In this document: piece after piece, positions 9,259 to 19,567 of the stretch
How positions within the stretch are numbered: position 1 is the stretch's first letter
Layout: the number at the start of each line of letters is the position of its first letter
Origin: Candidatus Woesebacteria bacterium
Lineage (GTDB): Bacteria; Patescibacteriota; Microgenomatia; UBA1400; UBA12028
Reading direction: 5' to 3'
Assembly: GCA_040006915.1 (NCBI GenBank)
Contig: JBDTWD010000002.1
Location: 42,613 to 106,612 of the forward strand
Length of the DNA: 64,000 nt
Translations under genes and position numbers: made by a program
The notes under the pieces: generated by a model
Database searches by the model: none
What the model was told of the DNA's origin: nothing
What the model saw: only the letters and a program-made list of their open reading frames with translations

Positions 9259-10140
9259 TTATTTTTGAGCGAGCAGTACGATATTTTCCATCAGACTAAT
9301 AACAGTCACCGGTCCTACCCCCCCTGGAACTGGCGTTAAGAACACTGCCTTCGGTTCAACTGAAGTGCGTTCAATATCACCTGCAGGAGATCCGACATCA
9401 ATCACAATTGCCCCTTCTTTGACCATAGAGCCGGTGATCAGATCTTTCACCCCCACAGCTGAGATCAGAATATCTGAAGTATTCAGTATATTTTTCCCAA
9501 ACTCTTGTCGTCCAATATTGTTTACGTTGTGGCCCAATCTGCGCAGAAGCTGGGTCAGCGGTTTTCCCACAATGTCGGAGCGACCCACGACCACAACATT
9601 CTTCTGTTTCCATTCTTCTGATGAAACTTCCATTTGCATTCGCGCTTCTTCTAAGATGGACAGACAGGCTTTGGCAGTTGCTGGCAATACATTGGTCGGA
9701 GAGATTTTATTTAAATTTGCTTGTGTCAAACAATCCACATCTTTGGTTGGATCAATCGCATTCGTCAATTGTTCCCACCAGGTAGAAAATTCGTTTACTT
9801 GTCGCCGTCTGGAACTGATCTCTTGTTCCCAGACCAGTTTTGATGGTTTTTGAATCATGATTCCAGAAAGATCAGCATCAACAGAGGCTTCTCTAATTGT
9901 CTGCACAATGAGACCCAGATCCTCGGTGAGAGAAAATTCTTCGGGTTCATAGGAGATGCCAACTCTATTGGCAGCTGCCATCTTCAGTTTGGTATATAAC
10001 CTGCTCCCCTCGTCCTCATGAAAGGTAAAGGTTTTTACATGGAGATTCACTCCCAGTCTTTTCAGTTCTTGAACCTTTTGCGCCAAAACATGCTCTTTGT
10101 TTTCGGCATAGGCTTTTCCATTAAAAATTATGCATGACAT
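9259..10140 (-). CDS. folD: Bifunctional methylenetetrahydrofolate dehydrogenase/cyclohydrolase
   Basis: VVVGRSDIVGKPLTQLL...AVGVKDLITGSMVKEGAIVIDVG...PVPGGVGPVTVISLMEN matches FolD conserved blocks. Confidence 0.9.
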   Translation of the reverse strand: MSCIIFNGKAYAENKEHVLAQKVQELKRLGVNLHVKTFTFHEDEGSRLYTKLKMAAANRVGISYEPEEFSLTEDLGLIVQTIREASVDADLSGIMIQKPSKLVWEQEISSRRRQVNEFSTWWEQLTNAIDPTKDVDCLTQANLNKISPTNVLPATAKACLSILEEARMQMEVSSEEWKQKNVVVVGRSDIVGKPLTQLLRRLGHNVNNIGRQEFGKNILNTSDILISAVGVKDLITGSMVKEGAIVIDVGSPAGDIERTSVEPKAVFLTPVPGGVGPVTVISLMENIVLLAQK

Positions 10141-10985
10141 AAGGCTGTTAATCTTTCAATATTTTCTTTATCCGGACCTGTCCCTTCCATTCCTGGAATT
10201 TCTAGAATAAGTGGTAAGCCTGAGAGTGTTTTATGGGTTAAAAATGCATGCATCGTTTCTTTCCCAATCATGCCATCGTACAAGTTTGCATGTCTGTCTC
10301 TGTGTGAGAGATATTCATCACGGCTATCATTAACATGCACAACTTTGAGTGAGTCTTTGAGGTCTAACTCTGCGATTTCGTCAAACAGATATTTCTCGCC
10401 ATCCATGGGAACGAGTGAATATCCCGCTCCAAAGGCATGACAACTGTCCAAACACCATCCCACTCGTTTCCCTGCTTTCAGCTGATCAAGCATCCAACGA
10501 ATCTCGCGTAAATCCGAACCAATCTTTCCTTTTTGTCCGGCGGCGTTTTCAATTAAAAAGACGGACTTGTCATCCGTGGTCGACAACAGCTTGGCAATTT
10601 CCTTAACGACTTGCTCTTTCACTGCGTCCCAGCCTTTGCCCATATGTGATCCTACATGCACGACGACCCCAACGGCACCAATCTTTGCACAAACCTCCAT
10701 ATCGACAGATAAACTGACATTACTTTTTGCCAACAATTCTGGTTTCTCAGAAGCAAGGTTAATTAAATATTGTGAATGAATGACTGTTTGAAGAATTCCG
10801 TTCTTTGGCCTCTCCACATTAAACAAATCAATTTTTTCCTGTGGCAGCTTGGTCTTTGACCAAATTTGGGGGCTGGCACAGAAAATCTGAATGACATTTG
10901 CACCAATATCTTTTCCACGCTTCGGGGCGGTAAAAATACCCCCTGAGGTACTGACATGGGCACCAAGTAGTAATTGGTCATTCAT
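10128..10985 (-). CDS. nfo: Endonuclease IV (AP endonuclease)
   Basis: LGAHVSTSGG...GANVIQIFCASPQIW is the Nfo TIM-barrel signature. Overlaps the folD start by 13 nt. Confidence 0.85.
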   Translation of the reverse strand: MNDQLLLGAHVSTSGGIFTAPKRGKDIGANVIQIFCASPQIWSKTKLPQEKIDLFNVERPKNGILQTVIHSQYLINLASEKPELLAKSNVSLSVDMEVCAKIGAVGVVVHVGSHMGKGWDAVKEQVVKEIAKLLSTTDDKSVFLIENAAGQKGKIGSDLREIRWMLDQLKAGKRVGWCLDSCHAFGAGYSLVPMDGEKYLFDEIAELDLKDSLKVVHVNDSRDEYLSHRDRHANLYDGMIGKETMHAFLTHKTLSGLPLILEIPGMEGTGPDKENIERLTALCHA

Positions 10986-10987
10986 AG

Positions 10988-11200
10988 TTACTCCTTCTCA
11001 TCTAGATCGATAGCTTTTGCTTTTGTTTTTCCAAGTACATCAATCAATTTCCCATTTTGGATAATCATCCACCCTTTGCTTAGGGCCAATTTAATCAAAG
11101 AATCCTTTATTTCTGGCGAAAGCAAAATACTTGTTTTTGACCGTTCTGGAGCGCTTTCTTTGCGTGGAGTCATAGTGCCTCTATTGGAAACTGGGAACAC
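10988..11200 (-). CDS. Small hypothetical protein (70 aa) that fills the glyA-nfo gap
   Basis: The ORF spans the 184-nt spacer between glyA and nfo on the same strand, 3 nt from the nfo start. It has no recognisable motif. Confidence 0.35.
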   Translation of the reverse strand: MFPVSNRGTMTPRKESAPERSKTSILLSPEIKDSLIKLALSKGWMIIQNGKLIDVLGKTKAKAIDLDEKE

Positions 11201-12480
11201 AACTTTTGCACTTTCGTTGCAACTGAAAGCAAGAATGGATCAGTGTTCATTCTTTGAGCAAAAGCTTTAACAAATTCGGCTCGTTGTTTTTTGTCTTCAG
11301 GTAACTTTTCATCTTTGATGTGATCCGAAATTGCTGTTATCCATTCTGCAATATGTTCCATTTGGACTTCTTTCATTCCACGAGTCGTGACAGCTGGCGT
11401 TCCAATCCGAACTCCCGAGGGATAGAAAGGACTGGTATCTTTTGGAACTGTATTAAAGTTAGCAACTAATCCCGCAGCATTCATGGCCTTGGCAACTAAC
11501 ACCCCGTGACCACTTCCTAGCGTTGAAAAATCCAAGACCAGTAAGTGATTTTCTGTCCCATTTCCGACTTGTGATATTCCCTTGCTTTGTAAAGAAGCAG
11601 CAAGAGCTTTCGCGTTGGCAACAATCTGTTTTCCGTAACGTTTAAAGCCTTCGGTATTGGCTTCTTCCAAAGCTATAGCGATCCCCGCTGTCGTGTTATT
11701 ATGTGGGCCTCCCTGCATACCAGGTATAACAGCCATATCAATCTTTTTTACTAATTCTGGATCTTTTTTCAAACCAATTTCAGTTACCAAAATCATCGCT
11801 CCTCTTGGCCCCCGAAGGGTCTTATGGGTGGTCGTCATAATGACGTCAACGTATGGCACAGGTGACGGATGACTTCCCGCAATGATGAGTCCAACAATAT
11901 GAGAAATATCCGCAACCAAATATGCACCAACTTCATCAGCAATTTCTTTGGCTTTCTTCCAGTCCAAGATAAAGGGATGGGCAGTGGTTCCTAAAATAAT
12001 GACTTTTGGTTTGTGTTCTAGAGCCAGGGTTCGCATCTCTTCATAATTAATGCGAGCATCTGCCGTTAAGCCAAATTGAACTGAATTGTAAAATCTTCCA
12101 GAGAAGGTGACATTGGGATGTCCATGCGTTAAGTGTCCGCCCATGGATAGCTTTAAGCCCATGACGGTACTACCGGGAGCTGCCAATGCAAACAGAATTT
12201 CAGAGTTAGCTGGGCTTCCTGAATATGGTTGAACGTTCACATATGGAACACCAAAGAGTTTCTTGGCGCGTTCGACAGCCAAAGTTTCGATTTGGTCAAT
12301 AACTTCGTTTCCTTCGTAATACCTGCGACCCGGATACCCTTCCGAATATTTATTGGAAAGCATTGATCCAACTGCTCCTCTGACTGCTTTGGAGGTATAG
12401 TTTTCCGAAGGGATCAGCATTAAGGTATCGCGTTGGCGTTTTTCTTCGGCTGCTATCAAATCAAAAATTTCATCACTCAT
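11170..12480 (-). CDS. glyA: Serine hydroxymethyltransferase
   Basis: LIPSENYTSKAVRGAVGSMLSNKYSEGYPGRRYYEG is the classic SHMT N-terminus. Length 436 aa. Confidence 0.95.
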   Translation of the reverse strand: MSDEIFDLIAAEEKRQRDTLMLIPSENYTSKAVRGAVGSMLSNKYSEGYPGRRYYEGNEVIDQIETLAVERAKKLFGVPYVNVQPYSGSPANSEILFALAAPGSTVMGLKLSMGGHLTHGHPNVTFSGRFYNSVQFGLTADARINYEEMRTLALEHKPKVIILGTTAHPFILDWKKAKEIADEVGAYLVADISHIVGLIIAGSHPSPVPYVDVIMTTTHKTLRGPRGAMILVTEIGLKKDPELVKKIDMAVIPGMQGGPHNNTTAGIAIALEEANTEGFKRYGKQIVANAKALAASLQSKGISQVGNGTENHLLVLDFSTLGSGHGVLVAKAMNAAGLVANFNTVPKDTSPFYPSGVRIGTPAVTTRGMKEVQMEHIAEWITAISDHIKDEKLPEDKKQRAEFVKAFAQRMNTDPFLLSVATKVQKLCSQFPIEAL

Positions 12481-12542
12481 ATCTGATAGTCTACCATGTT
12501 ACGCATGCGTTTGAGATATATCTGTTAGAATAGTACACCATT

Positions 12543-13424
12543 ATGACAAACGAAGTTTTACACGGATCCATCATTAAAATTACATCTAATTTCCCGGGAG
12601 CAGGAGCGACAACCGCTAAACTGAATATTGCCAAGAATCCGCACTTTGCCGCTTTGTCAGCAGGAGATTTCCGCAGGGCGTTGGTTGTAGATTGGGAAAA
12701 CTGGAAATCCCAAGACTGGACTTCGTTTCGCAACCAATATTTTATGCTGTGGGCAAAGGGAGGCATTCAGACAGTCCTTTCATATCTGACAGAAAAAGAT
12801 CGGCTCTCTCAGACAGTAGAGAATAAAAAACTGACTGCTTTCAATGATAGGGCTGCGGAGGATTTTGCTCCCACATCCAATGACTGGAAGATCTGGGACT
12901 GGATGACCGATGCATACAGTATCTATCGTACTCGTATGCTGCTTGAAGCTGGATACTCTGTCGTTGGTGAAGGCGATTTGGTAATCGCAACCCAAGAAAT
13001 AGATCAATTACAAGATGAGTCACAAAAATTAGATGAGGCCTACCCCACTATTTTGCATAGCACTTTTTGCTACATATTATCTGTTGATCGATTCAGTGGA
13101 ACCAAGCGTGTTGAACAACGTGAGAAAGCTGCTGCACTGATAGCCGGACGAGAATATCATGCACTCACACTGATGGAACGATTAACCCAACTTGAAGATA
13201 TCGTCGCTGACGATTACAGTCGCTATGCTCTTCTTTACTCTATTGTAGGTGCACCCTTAGATACTCTTCGATACAACCAAATGCATGCTCGGGCGATTGA
13301 CGCCTCACAAGAAGAAAGTGTAATTAAGAGATCAATTGAAAATGATGTCAAAACAAGAGTAGAAAAATTGCGTCCCAATCATCCAGAACTTGTAGCTCAT
13401 CTTTTAGGGCATCTTCAAGAGTAA
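12543..13424 (+). CDS. Hypothetical protein, 293 aa
   Basis: Clean ORF. It has a degenerate glycine-rich stretch NFPGAGATTA that lacks the Walker-A lysine. No confident assignment. Confidence 0.5.
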   Translation: MTNEVLHGSIIKITSNFPGAGATTAKLNIAKNPHFAALSAGDFRRALVVDWENWKSQDWTSFRNQYFMLWAKGGIQTVLSYLTEKDRLSQTVENKKLTAFNDRAAEDFAPTSNDWKIWDWMTDAYSIYRTRMLLEAGYSVVGEGDLVIATQEIDQLQDESQKLDEAYPTILHSTFCYILSVDRFSGTKRVEQREKAAALIAGREYHALTLMERLTQLEDIVADDYSRYALLYSIVGAPLDTLRYNQMHARAIDASQEESVIKRSIENDVKTRVEKLRPNHPELVAHLLGHLQE

Positions 13425-13447
13425 TGACTCTATAGATTCGTCGTTCT

Positions 13448-14959
13448 CTATTCCCACTCCATTGTGGCAGGTGGCTTGTTGGTAATATCGTAGACTACCC
13501 GAGAAATATCGGGAACTTCATTCACAATCCGTGAAGAAATTTTTGCCAAAACTGCATAGGGAAGATCAGCCCACTGATCAGTCATGACGTCGGTCGATTC
13601 ATAGGCACGAACGGCAACAACCTCGGCAAATACCCGTCCATCCCCTTTCACCGCAGTACTATATGCGCCAGTTAAAACTGCAAAGCACTGAAACACTTTA
13701 TGATAAAACCCTGCCGTCCGCATTTCTTCCATGACGATTTTGTCAGCAGCTTTTTCCTGACTCAATCTTTTTTCCGTGACTTCCCCTCTGATCCGAATTG
13801 CATATCCAGGACCGGGAAAAGGATGTAATGATACAAATTCCTCTGGTACAGATAACTTCCTGCCAATTTCTCGTACCTCGTCTTTATAAAATGCGCGCAT
13901 CGGTTCTAACAGCTTTAACTTCATGTCTTTAGGAAGCCCTCCCACATTGTGATGCGATTTGATATGTGAAGCATGCTTACTGCCTTTTGATTCAATAACA
14001 TCAGAATAGATTGTTCCTTGTCCTAAAAATTGCACATCAATATGTTTTTTGGCTTCCTCATCAAACAACTCTATATATAGTTTTCCAATCGTTTTACGTT
14101 TAACCTCTGGGTCCGTCACTCCTTTTAAAGCCTTCATAAACCGAGCTCGAGCTTCAATCACCACCAGAGTTGCTTTCACATGTACAGAAAACAATTTCTT
14201 CACAGCCTCTTGGGTGTGTTCACGCATTAGTCCGCTTTCGACATACACAGCGATTAACTGTTTCCCTATAGCTTTGGCAATCAAAGCCGCTGCTACCGTA
14301 GAATCCACCCCTCCCGACACTGCGCAAATGACTTTGGCATTACCAACGGTGTTTTTAATGTCTGTAATAATTGGTGCAGGATCGAGCACCAACGGATTTA
14401 AGGCTTCGCCACAAATAGTTACCGCAAAGTGCCGCAGCAGTTCTTTGCCTTGTTCGCTATGATGCGCTTCAGGATGGAACAAAATTCCATACAGTCTTTT
14501 GGCCTCACACGCGACCGCCGCCAATGGTACGCTCGCAGTTGTGCCCACTACTTCAAAATCTTTTGGAAGCTTGGTTACTGTATCGCCGTGAGACATGATC
14601 ACCGAAAAACTTTTTTTGGGGAGTTTAAAAATATTTTTCTGAAACGTGATTCTCGCTGGTCCATATTCTTTTTGTCCACTCACTACTTTTCCACCCAACA
14701 ACTTAGCCATGATGTGCCAGCCATAACAGATACCCAGGATTGGAACGCCCGATGTAAAAACATCTGGATCAATAGTCGGCGCTCCCGCTTCATATACCGA
14801 TGAGGGGCCACCAGAAAAAATAATTCCCGTCGGTCGAAATTTTTGCACAGCACTCATCGCGTCCTCGGGGACTATATATTCAACACTAACCCCAATATCA
14901 CGTAGTCGTCTGCCAATTAAATGCGCCGTCTGAGATCCAAAATCGATGATAAGAATCAT
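13448..14959 (-). CDS. guaA: GMP synthase (glutamine-hydrolysing)
   Basis: N-terminal GATase MILIIDFGSQTAHLIGRRLR...GICYGWH. PP-loop ATPase SGGVDSTV. C-terminal dimerisation domain. Confidence 0.95.
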   Translation of the reverse strand: MILIIDFGSQTAHLIGRRLRDIGVSVEYIVPEDAMSAVQKFRPTGIIFSGGPSSVYEAGAPTIDPDVFTSGVPILGICYGWHIMAKLLGGKVVSGQKEYGPARITFQKNIFKLPKKSFSVIMSHGDTVTKLPKDFEVVGTTASVPLAAVACEAKRLYGILFHPEAHHSEQGKELLRHFAVTICGEALNPLVLDPAPIITDIKNTVGNAKVICAVSGGVDSTVAAALIAKAIGKQLIAVYVESGLMREHTQEAVKKLFSVHVKATLVVIEARARFMKALKGVTDPEVKRKTIGKLYIELFDEEAKKHIDVQFLGQGTIYSDVIESKGSKHASHIKSHHNVGGLPKDMKLKLLEPMRAFYKDEVREIGRKLSVPEEFVSLHPFPGPGYAIRIRGEVTEKRLSQEKAADKIVMEEMRTAGFYHKVFQCFAVLTGAYSTAVKGDGRVFAEVVAVRAYESTDVMTDQWADLPYAVLAKISSRIVNEVPDISRVVYDITNKPPATMEWE

Positions 14960-15555
14960 AGAATGTGTATCTCCCCTGCTTCACTAATAGTTTGAATACT
15001 GATAAGAGAAAACGCTTTGACTCCCGTTTCCTTTTCTATTTGGACCGCTCCGTTCTGCCATACTTTATCAAACAATGCTCCCAAACCCACAACTATAGCG
15101 CCTTTGGCTTGGAGTGCTTTGATTGCGGCCACTGCAGTATTTCCACGGGCAATTACGTCATCAATTACCAAGATCTTCATCTTGGGTTGTACAAATCCGA
15201 TATGACTCTGGATTCCTTTTTGTCCGGTAGTAAATGAATCATTTTCGTAGGAAACAATATTTTCCCAAGCTCCAGGAAGAATCGAAGAACGTTTGGCTGG
15301 GAGAATGGTAGAAATCCCTAACATATTAGCAAGGATAGATACCAGCCTCGCTCCTGCATCTGGAAGACCAACAATGGCATCAATATCGTTTTTGCGATAC
15401 TCATTTGCCCAGCAACGAGAGGCAATTTCTAGGACATCAGAATCAATACAGAGATTAAATGGCTTGGCGACGATGTAACCACTTTTTGCGTCTTTGACGA
15501 CGGAGTTTTCAATGAAAAGTTTTTTTAAGATTGTGAGATGATCTTGTGGTTTCAT
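14956..15555 (-). CDS. Type I phosphoribosyltransferase (purine/adenine PRTase-like)
   Basis: PRPP-binding motif ILVIDDVIARGNTAVAA. Overlaps the guaA start by 4 nt, indicating translational coupling. Confidence 0.7.
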   Translation of the reverse strand: MKPQDHLTILKKLFIENSVVKDAKSGYIVAKPFNLCIDSDVLEIASRCWANEYRKNDIDAIVGLPDAGARLVSILANMLGISTILPAKRSSILPGAWENIVSYENDSFTTGQKGIQSHIGFVQPKMKILVIDDVIARGNTAVAAIKALQAKGAIVVGLGALFDKVWQNGAVQIEKETGVKAFSLISIQTISEAGEIHIL

Positions 15556-15610
15556 AGGTACTTATAACACAAAAACACTGCTATTTGAAAGTAAGCAGTA
15601 TACTATCCGT

Positions 15611-16210
15611 ATGAAACCACAGATTAATCCAAATATAGAAAAAGTACTTGAGAACACGATACTCCCAGACCTTCTCAGAGGTCGTAAAGATTTTGATCTC
15701 CCACATACCAAAGCCGTCGTATTTTGGATGAAGAAGCTGCTTTTAAATGTACAGAACCCATCTCTAGATTCACAAGTCTTAATCACGGCAGCCTATGCGC
15801 ATGATTGGGGGTATATTGGCTTGTTTGATGGAGTCGATAGCACCGACATTGAAGTAATTCATAAAATGAAACCCCTGCATATGGAAAGAGGCAGTGAGAA
15901 AATTAGAAGCCTCATCGGAAAAAAACTTTCAACGTACTTTTCCAAAGAACAGCAGGAGCTTGTTTCTCACTTAGTTTTAGTTCACGATCGGATCGAGGAT
16001 CTTCGCGGTGATGCAGAAATTGTACTTATGGAGGCAGATACGTTAGGGATGCTCGATACTGATTTGGTCAAACCTACATTCTCAAAAGCCGATAACGACG
16101 TTTTTATTGCAAGAGAACTCAATGGGCGTAGACTCCCCGTCTTCAAGCATCAGTTTGCGAAAGAGACTGCGAAAGTCCTCGCTCAAAAACGTCTGTCTTT
16201 TTACGATTAA
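15611..16210 (+). CDS. HD-domain phosphohydrolase (YfbR-like 5'-deoxynucleotidase candidate)
   Basis: H...HD motif (HTKAVVFW...AAYAHDWGY) plus downstream VHDRIED. At 199 aa it matches the size of the YfbR-type HD dNMP nucleotidases. Confidence 0.6.
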   Translation: MKPQINPNIEKVLENTILPDLLRGRKDFDLPHTKAVVFWMKKLLLNVQNPSLDSQVLITAAYAHDWGYIGLFDGVDSTDIEVIHKMKPLHMERGSEKIRSLIGKKLSTYFSKEQQELVSHLVLVHDRIEDLRGDAEIVLMEADTLGMLDTDLVKPTFSKADNDVFIARELNGRRLPVFKHQFAKETAKVLAQKRLSFYD

Positions 16211-17493
16211 GTTCGTAGCTGTTCACCCGCAAGTGCATACGCATCTAGCCTTTTGAAAGAGAATTCAAATTCGGGATCAGCTAAGGCCAGTTCTACAACT
16301 CCGAGGGCTGAATCAAAAAGCTTGCGTCGTTGTTCTTGATTATCACCAGCATCAAACAGTGCCGAGACGAAGGCTTTATATCCATAAAAAAGTGCCATAT
16401 ATTTTCGAATATGTCTGTCGTTAGCGTCTCCAGCATATCGCTCAACAAACTCGTCAGCCATTTGTGAATATTCACCTGAAAGTGTGACTCCCCGTGACCT
16501 ATTTGCGTCCAAGAATGCGAGATCAGCATTCGCAAAGACGACATCATACCCTGGATCTCCAAACCCGACGGAGGCTGGATCGATTATTTCCACTCGATTC
16601 TCTGTTTTCAGGGTAGAAACGAAGATATTTGCTGACCAAAAATCTCCGTGGATAGGTGCTAATCGTTCTCTGGCATCTTGCGCATATCTGACTGCCAGTT
16701 CCATCATTTTCTGCTTGAGAAGGTCAACACGTTCGGCATCGATTGTCCCTTGGGAAAACTGCGGCATCAATGCTGCTAATCCATTTAAGCGAGTGGAATC
16801 TTCTATGACATGCGAAATTCCATTTTGATATAATTCTCGCGCCCTGCCCTTGATCGCTGGACTCAGTGGAGCGTCATGCACGAGAATCATTTTCTTCGTT
16901 ACTTCTTCATAGAGTGATCGAATAGCTTGTGTTGTTACTTCAGTTTGACCAAGATTTTCTGCTGACTGTATAGTTGAAAGACCCAGTTGTCCTAAAAATG
17001 AGAGCATTTGTGTGTATTCAGCGGGATCTAAGAGATCTTGAATCGCCAAGATGAGATCAAGATTCTGGAGTTGTGAGGATGTAACTGTTTCCTCGGTTAC
17101 ACGTATAACAGAATCCTTCATTAATCCAAATGTGCCATAACTTTTCACAATTCCGTCTCTAGGCCTTGAGCTTTTAATAATATCCATTCGTCTCGCAATA
17201 TCTAATCCGCTTTCATCCATATCTTTATCTCTTTCAGTTTTTATGAAGAATGGATAGTCTTGGCCTAAAATCTCGATAATGACTTTAAATCCAAATGAAT
17301 ACTGACCCTGTCCAATCTTCTCAACCAATTTCACCGTAATTTGAGCGTTTATGTCTGTTACTTCTTTTAAAAGAGGAATGAATATCCTCTGCAGTTGATC
17401 TTGCGGCAATTGAGATATTTGATCGATTCGGTTTTCAGCTGACATAGTTATCCTTTCAACTGGGCAGAGATATGGGAAATAATTTTGCTGCAA
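16207..17493 (-). CDS. APH/choline-kinase-like phosphotransferase (protein-kinase-like fold) with unknown substrate
   Basis: Gly-rich loop EKIGQGQYSF, lysine in FFIKT, Brenner catalytic motif IHGDFWSANIF, and IDPASVGFGDPGYD as the DFG-equivalent. Overlaps the dNK gene by 46 nt. Confidence 0.65.
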   Translation of the reverse strand: MQQNYFPYLCPVERITMSAENRIDQISQLPQDQLQRIFIPLLKEVTDINAQITVKLVEKIGQGQYSFGFKVIIEILGQDYPFFIKTERDKDMDESGLDIARRMDIIKSSRPRDGIVKSYGTFGLMKDSVIRVTEETVTSSQLQNLDLILAIQDLLDPAEYTQMLSFLGQLGLSTIQSAENLGQTEVTTQAIRSLYEEVTKKMILVHDAPLSPAIKGRARELYQNGISHVIEDSTRLNGLAALMPQFSQGTIDAERVDLLKQKMMELAVRYAQDARERLAPIHGDFWSANIFVSTLKTENRVEIIDPASVGFGDPGYDVVFANADLAFLDANRSRGVTLSGEYSQMADEFVERYAGDANDRHIRKYMALFYGYKAFVSALFDAGDNQEQRRKLFDSALGVVELALADPEFEFSFKRLDAYALAGEQLRT

Positions 17494-18095
17494 TCATCTT
17501 GATTATTTTCAAAGTCTGAAACAAATTCTTCCGTTACTTCAATGACCTTTACGTTCTTTTGCAGGAGTTTTTCGTACAAGGCTGAAAGCCCAAGTTCTAG
17601 TTGACCCAAGTATTCTCGTGTATAAAAAGCCAGCTCGTAATCTCTACCTCTCTTTTTTAGCCGTTCCATCAACGTATCCATTGAGTAAGAAAGTTTAACA
17701 ACGTGCGTATTGGCGAACAAACCATCAGTGAGCTCATCATAGAGAGTGTGGTATAAACTCCACTCATCTTCCGTAATATTTCCAACCAGTAAATGACTGT
17801 AGGTGTACACCCAGCTCATCAAAAGTCCGCTATCAATAATCGTCAGTTTTTGTTTCTTTTTCCTCAGTTCACCCCGTAAGATTTTGATTCGCTCCATAGT
17901 GAGCCAAGTTTCATTGGCGAATGCCCATCGTTTCATATCCGCTAAATACGGTTTAGCAAACGGATCAGAGGTTTGAAACAAATCATCAGCATCGACTGGA
18001 TACGCTTTGAGTGCTTTAACCAAGATCGGCATTAACGTAGACTTTCCTGAAGCCACATTTCCAATGATAGTGAGCGTTTGTGTACTCATAGACAA
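17448..18095 (-). CDS. Deoxynucleoside kinase (dNK/dCK/dGK family)
   Basis: P-loop IIGNVASGKSTL and the family-specific arginine-rich LID LMERLKKRGRDYE (compare RIQKRGRxFE in Lactobacillus dAK/dGK). Length 215 aa. Confidence 0.8.
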   Translation of the reverse strand: MSMSTQTLTIIGNVASGKSTLMPILVKALKAYPVDADDLFQTSDPFAKPYLADMKRWAFANETWLTMERIKILRGELRKKKQKLTIIDSGLLMSWVYTYSHLLVGNITEDEWSLYHTLYDELTDGLFANTHVVKLSYSMDTLMERLKKRGRDYELAFYTREYLGQLELGLSALYEKLLQKNVKVIEVTEEFVSDFENNQDDCSKIISHISAQLKG

Positions 18096-18097
18096 AG

Positions 18098-19417
18098 CTA
18101 TACGCGATTTTTGCGCACATCTTTTTTAATATACATTTGTTTTAATTTATCGAATTGTGTCCGCAGCTTTTCTTTTTCAAAAGTAAACTGCAACTGCGTC
18201 TTACTATCTGTATCTGTAGTTGTTATACAGAAACGCTCAAGGGTTGGATAGAGTGCAAATGCACTTCGTACCGTCAAAACAACTCGTTCGTAATAGAGTT
18301 GCCAAAAAAGTGTATTCCAGGTTAGAAAATGTGGGATTTGGTAATCATGATGCAAGGCATGTGTCTTATCTGAGACATAGGCAATCGGTCTGCCTCGACT
18401 TTCACTTTGACGAGCAAAGCGAGATAGCTCAAGCGCTTCATCTTCTGACATCCCTGGACGAAATAACAGGTCCCAGTTAAACATTTTTTTGTCATGAGAA
18501 AGAGAAATATTCTTCGTTTCTCCAAGCAGATTTACTTCCAGATGCTGATCTTCATCTACCGCTTTATAGCCCTTGGCTTTTTGACTAATACGATGCTTCC
18601 CAATGTCCGTTTTGTCGGCAATGATCAACGCTAAAGCTTCTGCTCCAAATCTCTTTCTCATCCGTTCAACAATTTGCTCCTCACTCTGCTCAAGGGCTTT
18701 TCTTTCTCCATCTTTTGCATATTCATAACGAAAGCTCTCAATCAACTGTGAAGCGATTGGCTCATTATGAAGCTGCATGGCCCGGCGGACAATTCTCCAA
18801 TCACGTGCTTTGTCTATTCTTTCTTTGCTTCGTATATCCAGATTTCCATCTGGAAGAACTTGGTTGACAACTTTTGAGAGAATATATGGTGAAACAAGAG
18901 AATGATATTTGCGGCTTAAGATATTGCCAAGATCATGTCCTCTGGTTGCAAGCACCGCTCTACGAATAACTGGTTTTTTCTCCCCTGCCAGTTTGAGTAA
19001 TTTGCGCACGTTTTTCGTAACATGATTGATATGGATTTTGTCATGTTTGTTAAATCCGTGTTCATAGACACGGTCCAAAGATCCGTTTGCCAAAGAATAG
19101 GTGTTATCCAAACATTTTTTTAAGGCTTTATTTAATTTTGTCGGACTTAAAGAATAGACATCAATACAGTCTGTGCAAAAATCTTTCCACCGATCCGTTT
19201 CTGTAAGCACAAAGTCGATAAATGCCTGTGGACATCCTGCCTCCTCAAAATATGTACGAGCAAGTGCCGTGTCAAATCGAGAAGGATCATGGTTTACAGA
19301 TACTGGCCCTTCTTTGGGAATTAAAGACCGAGCAAACGTTATTTGGTCTCGTAATGTAGTCGGTGGTTTTGGTCGTTCCATATGATGGGTTACCAAAAAA
19401 GGGGAATAAAAAAACAC
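18098..19417 (-). CDS. HD-domain phosphohydrolase, possibly dGTPase/dNTP-triphosphohydrolase-like
   Basis: HINHV...ATRGHDLGN...IIADKTD gives an H..HD..D arrangement in a ~440 aa protein, the size expected for dNTPases. The true start may be the internal Met at 19381, since the listed start extends through coding-like MFFYSPFL sequence. Ends 3 nt before the dNK start. Confidence 0.55.
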   Translation of the reverse strand: MFFYSPFLVTHHMERPKPPTTLRDQITFARSLIPKEGPVSVNHDPSRFDTALARTYFEEAGCPQAFIDFVLTETDRWKDFCTDCIDVYSLSPTKLNKALKKCLDNTYSLANGSLDRVYEHGFNKHDKIHINHVTKNVRKLLKLAGEKKPVIRRAVLATRGHDLGNILSRKYHSLVSPYILSKVVNQVLPDGNLDIRSKERIDKARDWRIVRRAMQLHNEPIASQLIESFRYEYAKDGERKALEQSEEQIVERMRKRFGAEALALIIADKTDIGKHRISQKAKGYKAVDEDQHLEVNLLGETKNISLSHDKKMFNWDLLFRPGMSEDEALELSRFARQSESRGRPIAYVSDKTHALHHDYQIPHFLTWNTLFWQLYYERVVLTVRSAFALYPTLERFCITTTDTDSKTQLQFTFEKEKLRTQFDKLKQMYIKKDVRKNRV

Positions 19418-19567
19418 CCTTCCCTTTTGATAACTTGGTTTCCCCCCGCTTTACACGGGGTGCTGTTTCTTGGATCAAAAGTGGGTGTCTACAAAAAGTA
19501 GTCTTTCACTTTTATTTCCCGTAGTATATCAATACTATAAGATATCTACAAGTATTTGTGTATGAAT

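Noticed and set aside
9365-9853. 162-aa plus-strand ORF inside folD, and similar antisense ORFs (14049-14462 in guaA, 21146-21739 in pyrF, 33024-33443 in the TS-like gene, 43350-43748 in pbp2, 47614-48057 in the Wzy gene)
   Set aside because: They lie entirely within confidently identified genes on the opposite strand or in another frame, have no motifs and have low-complexity composition. These are typical shadow ORFs.
12481-12542. Putative promoter TTGAGA...TAGAAT in the glyA divergent region
   Set aside because: The spacer between the hexamers is only ~9 nt, not 16-18, so it was not reported as a promoter.
19418-19567. Possible terminator hairpins (CCCCG...CGGGG, and GGGAA...TTCCC with a T-run) downstream of the 235-aa gene
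   Set aside because: The T-rich segment is actually the coding start of the HD gene if the long ORF is used (MFFYSPFL). The CCCCG stem lacks a following U-tract. This is too ambiguous to call.
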